DNA of 64,000 bases, from NCBI GenBank assembly GCA_963662465.1, contig OY759599.1, positions 2,432,001 to 2,496,000 of the forward strand, given 5' to 3'. The DNA comes from Desulfatiglandales bacterium (GTDB taxonomy: Bacteria > Desulfobacterota > DSM-4660 > Desulfatiglandales > Desulfatiglandaceae). Made by a program: the position numbers and the translations under genes. Shown piece after piece: positions 1-9,179 of this stretch. Each line of letters starts with the position of its first letter. The first letter of the stretch is position 1. The notes under the pieces are model-generated. The model searched no databases and was not told where the DNA came from. It worked only from the letters and a program-made list of their open reading frames with translations.

Positions 1-2
1 GG

Positions 3-221
3 AAAAGTTTCAGCGAAAAATTCGGTGAAAGGGCCATTCGGCTCGGCTATTTAAGCCGTTTTGAACTTATGGCGCTTTTGGGCAAACAACGACGCCTTCG
101 ATATCCCATCGGAGAATATTTTGTGCGACAAGGAATACTCCACCCAAAAGACATAGAAATCATTGTCGAAAAACATCGCACCCATAACCATAACATGGCC
201 CCGGGAAAAAAAGGGCATTGA
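3..221 (+). CDS. 3' end of a protein with tandem MshEN-like (c-di-GMP-binding-type) motifs; 5'-truncated by the window edge
   Basis: Manual translation from nt 3 gives KSFSEKFGERAIRLGYLSRFELMALLGKQRRLRYPIGEYFVRQGILHPKDIEIIVEKHR...GH*. Two units resemble the RLGxxLxxxGLxxxxxLxxxLxxQ pattern. Not in the ORF track. Confidence 0.6.
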   Translation, partial: KSFSEKFGERAIRLGYLSRFELMALLGKQRRLRYPIGEYFVRQGILHPKDIEIIVEKHRTHNHNMAPGKKGH

Positions 222-258
222 TAGAAGAACTTAAAACCTAAAACTGCGGCTTGCCGCT

Positions 259-1206
259 TTATTTACCCCCTACAAGGCTTTTTGCAAAAATAATAAACGA
301 CTTCTCATGCAGTTTTTTCTGTAAAACTTCTTTTTTTATAATAGCCAGAGCCTTTAACGGTGGAACGGGTGCTTTATAGGGCCGCCAATTGGATAAGGCC
401 TCATAGACATCCGCAATGGCCAAGGCCCTCGATACCGGAGATATGGCGCTTTCTTTCAACCCATTTGGATAACCTGAACCATCCGATCTCTCATGATGCT
501 CCAGAGCGGCAATTTGAATTTTCGGGTTCAGCTTGCTTTGCCTCAAAATCTCATAACCGTAACGGGAATGATTTTTGACCTCCTCAAATTCCTCTTCGGT
601 CAATTTACGCGGCGCTTTCAGAATTCCACTGGGCAGTCGAACCTTCCCCACATCATGGAGCAACCCCATGAGACCAAATAATTTCAAATCTTTATAGGCG
701 AAGTTGCATTGGCGCGCATACCGGAGACAATACAGCATGACATTTACCGAGTGAACGGAGGTCGAAAAATCCTTTGCCGTGACCTCGATCAATCTTTTCA
801 CCACGTTTGCATCCGCAAGATATTCCTCCAAAACCAGGTCGATAGTCTCTTTCATATTGTCAAAAACTTCAGGTTCCGGAGTCGAAGCAGCGATATCCAG
901 GACTCTGGCCATAAGCTTTTTCGATTCAAGCGGATTGGTTTTCAGAATATGTTTCAGTTTTTTGTTGTATTTTATCTGCTGAGAGGTAATGTAATGGATC
1001 TGATCCGATACCGAAATATATAGTGATTCAGGCAGGGTTTCGTTTCTCAGGCGAAGAGCGTCGATGACTCGCCCTCTGGGTTTGTAAAGGACAAAATTTT
1101 GAGATCTGGCATCAAAGGTATAGGCATTATAATCGCTATAATTTCCAATATCCTTGGATATCTCCACCATTTTTTTTCTTTTGATTTCTTTTAGAATGTC
1201 CTTCAT
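259..1206 (-). CDS. HD-GYP domain cyclic-dinucleotide phosphodiesterase
   Basis: HSVNV, LHDVGK, HHERSDGSGYPNGL, IADVYEAL and RPYK motifs are all present. Confidence 0.92.
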   Translation of the reverse strand: MKDILKEIKRKKMVEISKDIGNYSDYNAYTFDARSQNFVLYKPRGRVIDALRLRNETLPESLYISVSDQIHYITSQQIKYNKKLKHILKTNPLESKKLMARVLDIAASTPEPEVFDNMKETIDLVLEEYLADANVVKRLIEVTAKDFSTSVHSVNVMLYCLRYARQCNFAYKDLKLFGLMGLLHDVGKVRLPSGILKAPRKLTEEEFEEVKNHSRYGYEILRQSKLNPKIQIAALEHHERSDGSGYPNGLKESAISPVSRALAIADVYEALSNWRPYKAPVPPLKALAIIKKEVLQKKLHEKSFIIFAKSLVGGK

Positions 1207-1253
1207 GTTATATGTTTACACAAATTCTCGATTAAAAAACAACGGAATAAGGG

Positions 1254-2180
1254 CTATCGCGGCAAACAATTTTCCCCTCTTTCTTTCACAAAAATTTTCA
1301 TATCGCGCTTAACCAGTACGGACGCCTGCTCCAACAAGTTAAAAAATATTTCTCCAAATCCCCTGGTTTGCATCCCTGCCCGTGATTCTTCCTGGTATCG
1401 CTTGCGTCCTTCCTTGACGGTCCCCTCAAGTCTATCAAGAATTTCCCGAGCATTCATTCCGTCCGGCAACGAAAAATCCGCAACAATCTTGAATGCCCGC
1501 CTCGATATGAAGACCAGTTGAAAGTTGGATCTGTCGGAAACAACCGGTTCTTCCATATCATGTAATCTGATGGCTTCACAGATATCTTCCGGAATCTTGA
1601 ACTTCTTCAAAATAAATGCGCCCACCTCACCATGAGTAGCCCCCAAAACCCGCTGCTCGGCATCTCTGGTAGATAGGTGCTCAAACATCTTCAAATCATT
1701 TATTTCATTGAACTTATCCTCAAAATATACGGCTGTCAGGAATTTCCCAATATTTTGCAGCATGGCAACGGTAAAGAGGTCTTCCGGCCTTTCAAAGCCA
1801 AGGATTTCACCCAGGACCTTTGCCACGGCCGCACAAAAATGGGCCTGGGCCTGAAATTTCTTAAAACTGAAGTTCAATAAACCCAAGTGCCGAACAAGGT
1901 GATTCATGAGAACAGCCGACTTAAGGGTCTTTTTCATCCGGCTGTAGCCGAGCACTCTGACAGCATAGCTAATGGATCTGACTTCCCTGCCGGGATAGAC
2001 CGAATTGGCCATTTGGAGAAAACTCGCGGCAATATCCGGCGACAACTTTTCAGCAATCTGCTCAAAGTTGCTGTCAGGATCATCCAGCAGGGATATGACC
2101 TCGGACACGGCAACATCAACCAATGGTAAATTTTCAATTTTTTTGTCGATCCCGGCCAGTGCCGCATTGCTGTTTTTCAT
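1254..2180 (-). CDS. HDOD domain protein
   Basis: N-terminal LP..., LQMANS, AVRVLG, LQNIGK (HD replaced by QN), and E..LGATHGEVG..IL..FKIP..ICEAIRLHD. Confidence 0.88.
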   Translation of the reverse strand: MKNSNAALAGIDKKIENLPLVDVAVSEVISLLDDPDSNFEQIAEKLSPDIAASFLQMANSVYPGREVRSISYAVRVLGYSRMKKTLKSAVLMNHLVRHLGLLNFSFKKFQAQAHFCAAVAKVLGEILGFERPEDLFTVAMLQNIGKFLTAVYFEDKFNEINDLKMFEHLSTRDAEQRVLGATHGEVGAFILKKFKIPEDICEAIRLHDMEEPVVSDRSNFQLVFISRRAFKIVADFSLPDGMNAREILDRLEGTVKEGRKRYQEESRAGMQTRGFGEIFFNLLEQASVLVKRDMKIFVKERGENCLPR

Positions 2181-2431
2181 AGACGATTTCTCGGTTCAAA
2201 GCAATCAGGGAATCACCACTCTACAATATGTTTCAATTCTTTTCAAGCAACGGCTCGTTCGAATTTTTCAAAAAAAACAGACCGTCACGCAGAAAGCATC
2301 CCCTTTAACGTTTTTAAGGTTCAAAAAACCGGAGCATCATGATAATCATGGCAAACAACTTCCAAGTTATGAAAAAATAACCGTTTAGCAGAATTGGGTT
2401 TTATTCAATCGAGGCATTTTAAAAATTCAAA

Positions 2432-3610
2432 ATGAATATTTTCTCCAACCTAAGATTACACCTAGATACCAAATTTGAGGCGCTAAAGACCGGGCAGGAC
2501 AAGCTTCGCCTGGGAGACCAACTTACGGGTCGGGTACTTGAAGTTAAAGGCCAGGGACTCGCCCTGTTTGACTTCACCAGAATGAAAGCTTGGGCGCAAG
2601 TCGCATTCCCCGTCAAAAAAGGGGAAGTGATAGAGGTTTCAGTGGTCGAAAAGGGGCCTCAACTAAAATTGAAATTGCTTGATCCAAGCCGGAAAGCTGC
2701 CTCTTATGCAAGCAGGGTGTTTGCCATTTCCGAGTTTCCCGCTGAAAAAACGTTAAAAAGCCTTCAATCCGAAATAAAAAAAATTATGGCCACCCAAGGG
2801 CGGATGCTTGAGTTACCGACCATGCCCCGCCACGTTCAAACAAGTATTGTAAGAATCGCCTCCCATTTTCAGCAACTGAATATGGGTGAAAAAGTTTCGG
2901 AGCTAAGTTCACAACTAAGATCATATATAGAGAATTCCGGCGCTTTTTTTGAAAAAAAGATCGAAAACGCAATTGGAAAGCTACAGCCGGCAGACAGAGA
3001 GATATCTTCAAAAGATCTGCATCAATCTTCCGAGATAAAGGATATTATCAAAAACGATTTAAAACCCAACCTATTTATTCTCAAGTATTTTTTTGATAAA
3101 AATGAAATGAAATCTGCGGGGGAAAACGAAAACCATCTAAAAAACCTCAAACCATTGATCAACCGGATACTGGAAGATCTTGGCCTTCAACAGGGAAAGG
3201 CAATTGACGCACAGCAGAAACAAAAAGCGGAGGGCAGTCAGATCATCACCTTTGCGCTCCCCCTGAGGGAGGAAAATCATAGCGGCAAACTGAGAATCTA
3301 TTATGCCGGGAAAAGTAAAAATGGACCCAAAGAAGGATTTAAAATGTCGCTGCTCCTCCAAATGGAAAAAATCGGCGACATCAGGACTGATTTTTTTCTA
3401 CTGAACAAAGATTTGAGAATAACATTTTACATAAATGATCATAAAATCAAAAAAATCATCACTGCTCATGCGGATTTGATAAAAAAGCCACTGACTGAGC
3501 ATTTCAGCCATCTAATGTTGGATGTGGTCGTTTCGGAAAGAAAAATCGAAGAATTCAAGATTGAACATCTTATGAGCGAAAATACAAGCCTGCTGGATTT
3601 AAGGGTTTGA
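2432..3610 (+). CDS. Flagellar hook-length control protein FliK-like (C-terminal domain family)
   Basis: 392 aa ORF; NSGAFFEKKI, NDLKPNL and C-terminal SLLLQMEKIGDIRTDF...SLLDLRV motifs; flagellar neighbourhood. Confidence 0.6.
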   Translation: MNIFSNLRLHLDTKFEALKTGQDKLRLGDQLTGRVLEVKGQGLALFDFTRMKAWAQVAFPVKKGEVIEVSVVEKGPQLKLKLLDPSRKAASYASRVFAISEFPAEKTLKSLQSEIKKIMATQGRMLELPTMPRHVQTSIVRIASHFQQLNMGEKVSELSSQLRSYIENSGAFFEKKIENAIGKLQPADREISSKDLHQSSEIKDIIKNDLKPNLFILKYFFDKNEMKSAGENENHLKNLKPLINRILEDLGLQQGKAIDAQQKQKAEGSQIITFALPLREENHSGKLRIYYAGKSKNGPKEGFKMSLLLQMEKIGDIRTDFFLLNKDLRITFYINDHKIKKIITAHADLIKKPLTEHFSHLMLDVVVSERKIEEFKIEHLMSENTSLLDLRV

Positions 3611-3647
3611 ATCGCACGCCTTTGGGTGAAAAGAAAGGACAAATGAC

Positions 3648-3661
3648 GTCAATAATTTGAC
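3648..3661. promoter_or_regulatory. GTCA-N6-TGAC palindrome (FleQ/FlrA-like box)
   Basis: GTCAATAATTTGAC; the same core occurs at 7553 and 51491. It lies between convergent genes, so its function is uncertain. Confidence 0.35.
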
Positions 3662-3747
3662 GCCGCAAAACCCCGCCCTTTTGTCTAATCTCGACGTCAG
3701 GCCCAAATTTCAAGCATCAAAACATCCGGGCGGATCGAAAAAGAATC

Positions 3748-4476
3748 TCAAGCGTTTATGTTAATCCGTTCCTTCAAAATTTTCCGTTGCAGTTCGTAAA
3801 CCAAGTCCACAAGAGCCGTTTCCTCGGACTTTTCCATTCCCGTAAATTCAAAGGCATACTGGTATTTTTTATCAGAAATTTCCTTATTGCACCTTCTCAC
3901 AGTGCCTTCCTCAATACGTATTCGAACAGGCGCCTGATCCAGCTCAGCTTCCAGCGTAAGACCTTTTACCGTATCACCAACGGCCCATGGGGGATCTTCC
4001 TGGGCCGACCCGGTGAAAACAGCAAGTTCACCATGAATTCCCCCAATACTAATGTCAATGGCCGTCATTTTGTAATGTCCCGCACCCACTGTCAGGACAA
4101 GTTTTGTTTGCAGCGGGAGTTCCAGCCTGAAATATTTTCGCCGCTGTCTTCGTTCGATAAGCTCCGGAAATTTATGCCAGATGCCGTCCCTGGCGATTTT
4201 CCAGCCGGACGTTCGAAAAACATATTGGATATTGTCTTTTCCAAAAAATTCAACCCTTATTCGCCATGTCTTCTTTCCATCAACCACTGCCTTAAACGAT
4301 TGGGAAGGCTCTGTTCGAAAATAGGGTTCTCCCCGTCGTGTTCGAATTCCGGTAACATGGGTCAGCCGCTCGTAATCCCCATCCAAAAGAACCATATGGA
4401 CAGGAGTTCGATAGCTCTTGAGTTCCTCAAAGACCTTAAACCGGGTTTTATCCTGTATAATTTCGGTTTCTGCCAT
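3748..4476 (-). CDS. PilZ-domain flagellar brake (YcgR-like) protein
   Basis: QRRKYFR (RxxxR) and DISIGG (DxSxxG) PilZ motifs after an N-terminal beta-domain. ATG at 4476 preferred over TTG at 4485. Confidence 0.88.
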   Translation of the reverse strand: MAETEIIQDKTRFKVFEELKSYRTPVHMVLLDGDYERLTHVTGIRTRRGEPYFRTEPSQSFKAVVDGKKTWRIRVEFFGKDNIQYVFRTSGWKIARDGIWHKFPELIERRQRRKYFRLELPLQTKLVLTVGAGHYKMTAIDISIGGIHGELAVFTGSAQEDPPWAVGDTVKGLTLEAELDQAPVRIRIEEGTVRRCNKEISDKKYQYAFEFTGMEKSEETALVDLVYELQRKILKERININA

Positions 4477-4744
4477 TAATGCCAAAGATTCCCTTTTCAG
4501 TTTACCCTGTTAACGGGCTATATTTTGAAATTCCGTCGTCATCATTGCAGCGCGACACCTGAACCCATCAAAGGGTCAGTTTTCTTTGTGAGGTATGATG
4601 ATCGGCCACAAAAATTAACCTCTATTATATGGTAGTTATGGACTATTTCATCCTGCATGTCAATGGGAATTGCAGTCTTCCAGAAATTCCGTGCCTGATG
4701 ACCCAAACACAAATGGATCTTCAAAATAATGCATCGCATAGGGA

Positions 4745-4760
4745 TGGCGTAAAATTTGCA
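4745..4760 (+). promoter_or_regulatory. sigma-54 (-24/-12) promoter
   Basis: TGGCGTAAAATTTGCA fits GG-N10-GC and lies ~60 bp upstream of CDS 4823. Confidence 0.7.
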
Positions 4761-4822
4761 TAGATTATGGCGACATCTAAAAAACAGTCACCTTCAAGGG
4801 TCAAAATTCCGGGGAAAGATTT

Positions 4823-6124
4823 ATGTATGCTAGTTCCATGGAAGCTGCGGGAGATACCGCCAAACAGGGCATTAAAACGCAAACCAAGGCGCACGAAGCC
4901 CTCTTCTCCAAAGTCCTCAGCCAACAAATGGAAGATTCACTTCCAAACGCCTATGAGAATACGCCAAAAACATCAGCAGATGAAAACGGGAGAAACACAG
5001 GCGCTGATCGGGTACTCGTGGGGACCCTATCAAAACAGAACCCCTCAGTTTCAAACCTCCTGATCAAACACCCTGTTTATGGAAAAGACTGTTGGAATAT
5101 CATTCACTCTCAAATAAATCGCAACAAAACTTATCGCAAAGTGCAGGAAGGCGCTGCAATATACGTGAATCCGAAGACCCGTGAAATTATATGGAACAGC
5201 GAAATCGTTGCTGGAAAGGAAATGCAGGCAACAAGGGAAAAACCAAAAGGGATACGACAGGTCTGTCTGGGAACCATCTCCAAAGCAACTCCAACGGTCT
5301 CTCATCTTCTCATTAACCATCCCGTATATGCAAAAGAATGCTGGAACATCCTTTCCTCCGACTTGAACAGCGCCAAGTCCTATACCACAATACCCAATAA
5401 CGTAACGGTTTACCTGGATGCTGAAACCCAAGAAATTACGTGGCAAGAAAAAAAGTCATCAGAAGTGAGCGCTCTGCCAAAAACGCCCTCCATTATCCCC
5501 ACCCAACAGAAACAAACGCTTGTATCCGATTTGTTTTCCGCGGGTCTGGCTAAAGCCGTTAAGCCCTACATCGGAAAATCTTACAACGAAATCAACTGTT
5601 TTGAATTACTGGCAAACGGGCTGGAAGCGGTGGGAATTCAATATCGCGGTCCCGGCGGTCTAGGCGGAAAACTTATGAAAATGGCATTGGAAAGAGGCTT
5701 ACCCGAAAACCACTATCTTTCAGGAGAGGGCCTCGTCGAAACATCCGGTTCACTGGTCTACATGAAATCCGTTCCAAAAATCCGAAACTCAAAGGCGGAA
5801 GCCAATGCTTTTTACAAAGAAATAGAACCCTTGCTTGATAAAGGCTTGATTCTTTCTTTTTCAACGCCCAGCCGAGGCCATACCGGCATTATTTCCAAAC
5901 GGGAAAACCTTTGGACCTATATCAATTCGGGAAACATGGACCATCGCATGGGCGGCAGGGGATCAAAAGGCGTGGGAGAAGAATTCCTGGCGCCGGAAAT
6001 CAGGAATTGGTTCACCCTCGCGGCAAGCAAGGGGGAAGCACTCCAGATCACCGTGGGCAGACTGCATGAAAACAAACTCAAAGACAATTTGAAACCGGTC
6101 GCCAAAAACATGCGAACATTGTAA
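4823..6124 (+). CDS. Hypothetical protein: two ~62-aa tandem repeats plus a C-terminal NlpC/P60-like (Cys-His) domain
   Basis: Repeats VLVGTLSK..HPVYGKDCWNII..IIWN and VCLGTISK..HPVYAKECWNIL..ITWQ, followed by YIGKSY..INCFEL and GHTGII. Confidence 0.7.
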   Translation: MYASSMEAAGDTAKQGIKTQTKAHEALFSKVLSQQMEDSLPNAYENTPKTSADENGRNTGADRVLVGTLSKQNPSVSNLLIKHPVYGKDCWNIIHSQINRNKTYRKVQEGAAIYVNPKTREIIWNSEIVAGKEMQATREKPKGIRQVCLGTISKATPTVSHLLINHPVYAKECWNILSSDLNSAKSYTTIPNNVTVYLDAETQEITWQEKKSSEVSALPKTPSIIPTQQKQTLVSDLFSAGLAKAVKPYIGKSYNEINCFELLANGLEAVGIQYRGPGGLGGKLMKMALERGLPENHYLSGEGLVETSGSLVYMKSVPKIRNSKAEANAFYKEIEPLLDKGLILSFSTPSRGHTGIISKRENLWTYINSGNMDHRMGGRGSKGVGEEFLAPEIRNWFTLAASKGEALQITVGRLHENKLKDNLKPVAKNMRTL

Positions 6125-6138
6125 ATGGGTGCCCCTCA

Positions 6139-6879
6139 TCAAAGCTCATGGGCGCCCTGATAGCGCTTCAGTACATTGAACACCTTAACGGCTTTTTCCA
6201 AAAAACGTTCTCCTCCCACCCGTTGAATCATCTTTTTCCCATTTTCAGGTTTCTTCAATTCAATCAGGTTGAGGTCTTCCATCAAAGAAAGTACTTCCGT
6301 GATTTCAGCCTTCTCTTTTGAAAGGGCTTCGGTTATGGCATCCACGGTATCATCATAGAAAATAGACAACCTATCGTGTATAAACAATAAATTCAGAATC
6401 TGAGAAACACCCACATAACTGTCGGGACTTTTGGATGCTTTAATCGTCGTATCCTGAAGACGCCCGGCAATGGTCAGTAAGCAGGTTGATATCAGTCTGG
6501 GCGAGGCATTTATGTATTTGTCAAAGGTATCTTTCGGAATTTTGACCACGTCGGAATCTTCAACCGCCGTTGCCGTTGCCGTTCGCTTATGCACCTTTAA
6601 AACAAGGGCCATCTCACCGAAAACGGTCTTATCCGTCAGCGTCGTCAGAACCACTTTCTTTCCTTCAACCTTCACCGAGATTTCAATACGTCCTTTTTTT
6701 AATAAATACGCTTCGTAAGCTCTGGCGCCTTCGGAAAAGACGACCTGATTTTTCTTAAACCTGTCGACCTGAAACTCGGAGTTTCTCAAATTCAATTCCG
6801 GGTCATATTTCTTTTTGATATGGTCCATCAAAGGGGTAAAGGGTTTGTTATTCAAGTTTACGATCCTTTCCTGAATCAT
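6139..6879 (-). CDS. Cyclic nucleotide-binding (Crp/Fnr-like) domain protein
   Basis: VFSEG..AYLLKKGRIEI..VFGEMALV..RTATATA; possible C-terminal winged helix. Confidence 0.85.
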   Translation of the reverse strand: MIQERIVNLNNKPFTPLMDHIKKKYDPELNLRNSEFQVDRFKKNQVVFSEGARAYEAYLLKKGRIEISVKVEGKKVVLTTLTDKTVFGEMALVLKVHKRTATATAVEDSDVVKIPKDTFDKYINASPRLISTCLLTIAGRLQDTTIKASKSPDSYVGVSQILNLLFIHDRLSIFYDDTVDAITEALSKEKAEITEVLSLMEDLNLIELKKPENGKKMIQRVGGERFLEKAVKVFNVLKRYQGAHEL

Positions 6880-6893
6880 TTTTTCGAGCCCTG

Positions 6894-7406
6894 TTAAATC
6901 GTTTTTTCAAGGGCTGAGAGTTCATCGGTATTCAGAACCTGATCAATATCGAGCAAAATCTTTACGCCGCCCTCCATCTTGGCCATACCAAGTATATACT
7001 GGGTATCCAATTTGGCCCCGAACGCAGGCGTATCCTCAATATCCTCGCCCTTTATGTTCAGCACCTCCGATACCGCATCAACAACGGCGCCGATCAGGAT
7101 CGTCCCGGTTTGCCCGTCAATCTCCACCACAATAATGCAAGTTCGTTCAGTGTATTCAAGTTTCTCCATTCCGAAGCGCAGTCTTAGATCGATAACCGGA
7201 ATCACCTTGCCTCTCAAGTTAATCACGCCTTTGACAAATTTCGGTGTTCGGGGTACGGAAGTGATCGGCATCATGCCAATAATCTCTTTAATTTTGAGAA
7301 TGCCGATACCGTATTCCTCTTCCGCCAGAATGAAAGTGAGATATTTCCCTTCCCTGTCCGTCATAACTTTAACTGCCTGATCCACTATTTCGGGTGATTT
7401 TCCCAT
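6894..7406 (-). CDS. cheW: Chemotaxis coupling protein CheW
   Basis: KYLTF, IKEII, VPRTP..VKGVINLRGKVIPVIDLR and VDAVSEV motifs; GGAGG RBS upstream. Confidence 0.97.
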   Translation of the reverse strand: MGKSPEIVDQAVKVMTDREGKYLTFILAEEEYGIGILKIKEIIGMMPITSVPRTPKFVKGVINLRGKVIPVIDLRLRFGMEKLEYTERTCIIVVEIDGQTGTILIGAVVDAVSEVLNIKGEDIEDTPAFGAKLDTQYILGMAKMEGGVKILLDIDQVLNTDELSALEKTI

Positions 7407-7552
7407 CTCTATAATATTACCTCCTTATATAGTTCCGCAAATTGGACTGACTCAAGCAGACAGCCTGAGTGCCATATATATATCATATCAACAGCATAAT
7501 TCAAGGGTTGTGCGACCGTATGCTCCTTAAACTGAACCTGAAAAGCAAACGA

Positions 7553-7566
7553 GTCAAATTTATGAC
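7553..7566. promoter_or_regulatory. GTCA-N6-TGAC enhancer-like box
   Basis: GTCAAATTTATGAC, ~110 bp upstream of the sigma-54-like site at 7677. Confidence 0.5.
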
Positions 7567-7641
7567 GCTTTTTGTGGTAAATGCTCATGAATCACATGAC
7601 CATTCACCCCCCAACATGAAAATAATACCCCCTGCTTTTAA

Positions 7642-7676
7642 GCTAACAGCTGATAGCTAACAGCTAATCGCTAACA
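7642..7676 (+). repeat. Heptamer tandem repeat, 5 copies
   Basis: GCTAACA GCTGATA GCTAACA GCTAATC GCTAACA. Confidence 0.85.
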
Positions 7677-7692
7677 CCGGCATGAAACTTGA
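7677..7692 (+). promoter_or_regulatory. sigma-54-like promoter with a variant -12 element
   Basis: CCGGCATGAAACTTGA (GG-N10-GA); its first 15 nt are identical to 41560-41574. Confidence 0.5.
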
Positions 7693-7751
7693 ATATCCTT
7701 TTGGGAAAAATTTAAAATTATTAAAAAGCATGAATTTTAGGGATAACCAAA

Positions 7752-8357
7752 ATGTTCGCCAAGATAATTTTCCATGACTTTGTTGTTTTAGCGGCCTTCT
7801 GCCTGATTCTCCCAGGGTGTTCCTATCAGCGAACGGTATCCCTTCCACCCGTGGGTTTGCCTGAAAGCATTTTTTCAATGCCTGAAACGAACCGTTACCA
7901 CGGCGCAAACGTCGCCGTATTCTCATTCAGCGAACCCTCATATGCCCCTGGACAAGGCAAAGCCGCAGCGCGTTTTCTCTGTCAGAAACTGGAACAAAAA
8001 GGCGTATTCGCATCGGTTATTCTACAGCCGGACATTTTGGACATGACCATGGAAAGCCTGATCGAGACGGCCCGTTCCAAACGATATGATCTCCTGATAA
8101 CAGGAGCGCTACTTTATTATTTTGACGGCAGCAATCTGGAACCCTCTGAAGTCACGGAGGAAATCCGAATTGTTAAAATAAGAGGCGGAAAACCGTCAAC
8201 ACTCTGGCACGCCAAGGCCACTGAGACGGCGATGCCCGCGCTTTTTAAAGATTACATATTCGCACGGGGAAAAGGCGCTCCTGCACCGTCAACTGCCGTT
8301 CTGATGAAAAGAAATGCCGAAAAATTCTGCAATATGATACTCGATTATCAGCAATAG
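7752..8357 (+). CDS. Putative lipoprotein (possibly CsgG/TolB-N-like fold)
   Basis: Hydrophobic leader with lipobox LPGC; VAVFSF and alternating alpha/beta pattern. Confidence 0.65.
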   Translation: MFAKIIFHDFVVLAAFCLILPGCSYQRTVSLPPVGLPESIFSMPETNRYHGANVAVFSFSEPSYAPGQGKAAARFLCQKLEQKGVFASVILQPDILDMTMESLIETARSKRYDLLITGALLYYFDGSNLEPSEVTEEIRIVKIRGGKPSTLWHAKATETAMPALFKDYIFARGKGAPAPSTAVLMKRNAEKFCNMILDYQQ

Positions 8358-8403
8358 GGGTTGGCCGTCAGCCATAACGAAATGAATCATTCACTTTTAA
8401 ACA

Positions 8404-9105
8404 GTGAAATCAAAACAGATGCCGTTTACCAGAAAAAAGGATCAAATAATCATGCTGGAACACCCCAAAAAAATAATGATGCAATTTTGCAAAAGGGCGT
8501 TGTTGGGCTTTAGCAAAACATCCCACACCTCTCACTGCTGTTCGGTCTGTACATTTCTAAGCATACTCCTGACCATGGGAATAGCAGGCTGCGCACAAAA
8601 CACATCTTCAGACTCAAAGACAACAAAAGAAATCTCTTTCACATTGCCGAATCCACAGCGCTACTCCAACATACTCGAAACAAGTTATGTGGCAGCCGAC
8701 AGCCTTGGCAAAGGATTGCGTTTTCGCGGGATAACGCCGGATATGCCGATATTGGCCGCAAGTTTTGTCGATATTGACGATTTAACCCAGTCCTCCACTC
8801 TGGGACGAATCGTCTCAGAACAAATTGCAAGCCGTCTGGCCCAGCATGGCTTCAAGGTTATAGAAACCAAATTACGCCAGGGATCCATCTTCATCAAAAA
8901 AGGGAAAGGTGAATTTCTACTGTCCCGTGAATTACTGGATCTCAGCGCCAATCAAGGGGCTCAAGCGGTTCTGGTGGGGACATATGCTGTTTCGGAATAC
9001 TTCATTTTTATTTCCGCCCGCGTTGTTCGAACAGAAAACAGCGCTGTTATTACCGGCTATGATTATGAACTACCCCAGGACAAAACCACCAAATCAATGC
9101 TCTGA
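8404..9105 (+). CDS. flgO: FlgO-family outer-membrane lipoprotein; start uncertain
   Basis: Lipobox IAGC; ASFVDIDDL..SSTLGR..SEQIASRL..G..GEFLLSRE..AQAVLVGTY. Confidence 0.85.
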   Translation: MKSKQMPFTRKKDQIIMLEHPKKIMMQFCKRALLGFSKTSHTSHCCSVCTFLSILLTMGIAGCAQNTSSDSKTTKEISFTLPNPQRYSNILETSYVAADSLGKGLRFRGITPDMPILAASFVDIDDLTQSSTLGRIVSEQIASRLAQHGFKVIETKLRQGSIFIKKGKGEFLLSRELLDLSANQGAQAVLVGTYAVSEYFIFISARVVRTENSAVITGYDYELPQDKTTKSML

Positions 9106-9179
9106 GAACGTACCATTTTGGTTTTTTGCCGCCGCATCCCCTGTTTCCTCGGGGACTAAAGGCCCAAGGGTGCATGCAT

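Noticed and set aside
246..257. GCGGC-TT-GCCGC hairpin as a terminator between convergent genes
   Set aside because: Short stem, implausibly tight loop and a weak U-tract.
2349..2364. sigma-54 promoter upstream of the FliK-like gene (TGGCAAACAACTTCCA)
   Set aside because: The -12 element reads CC instead of GC and there is no second copy to support it; possible but too weak to call.
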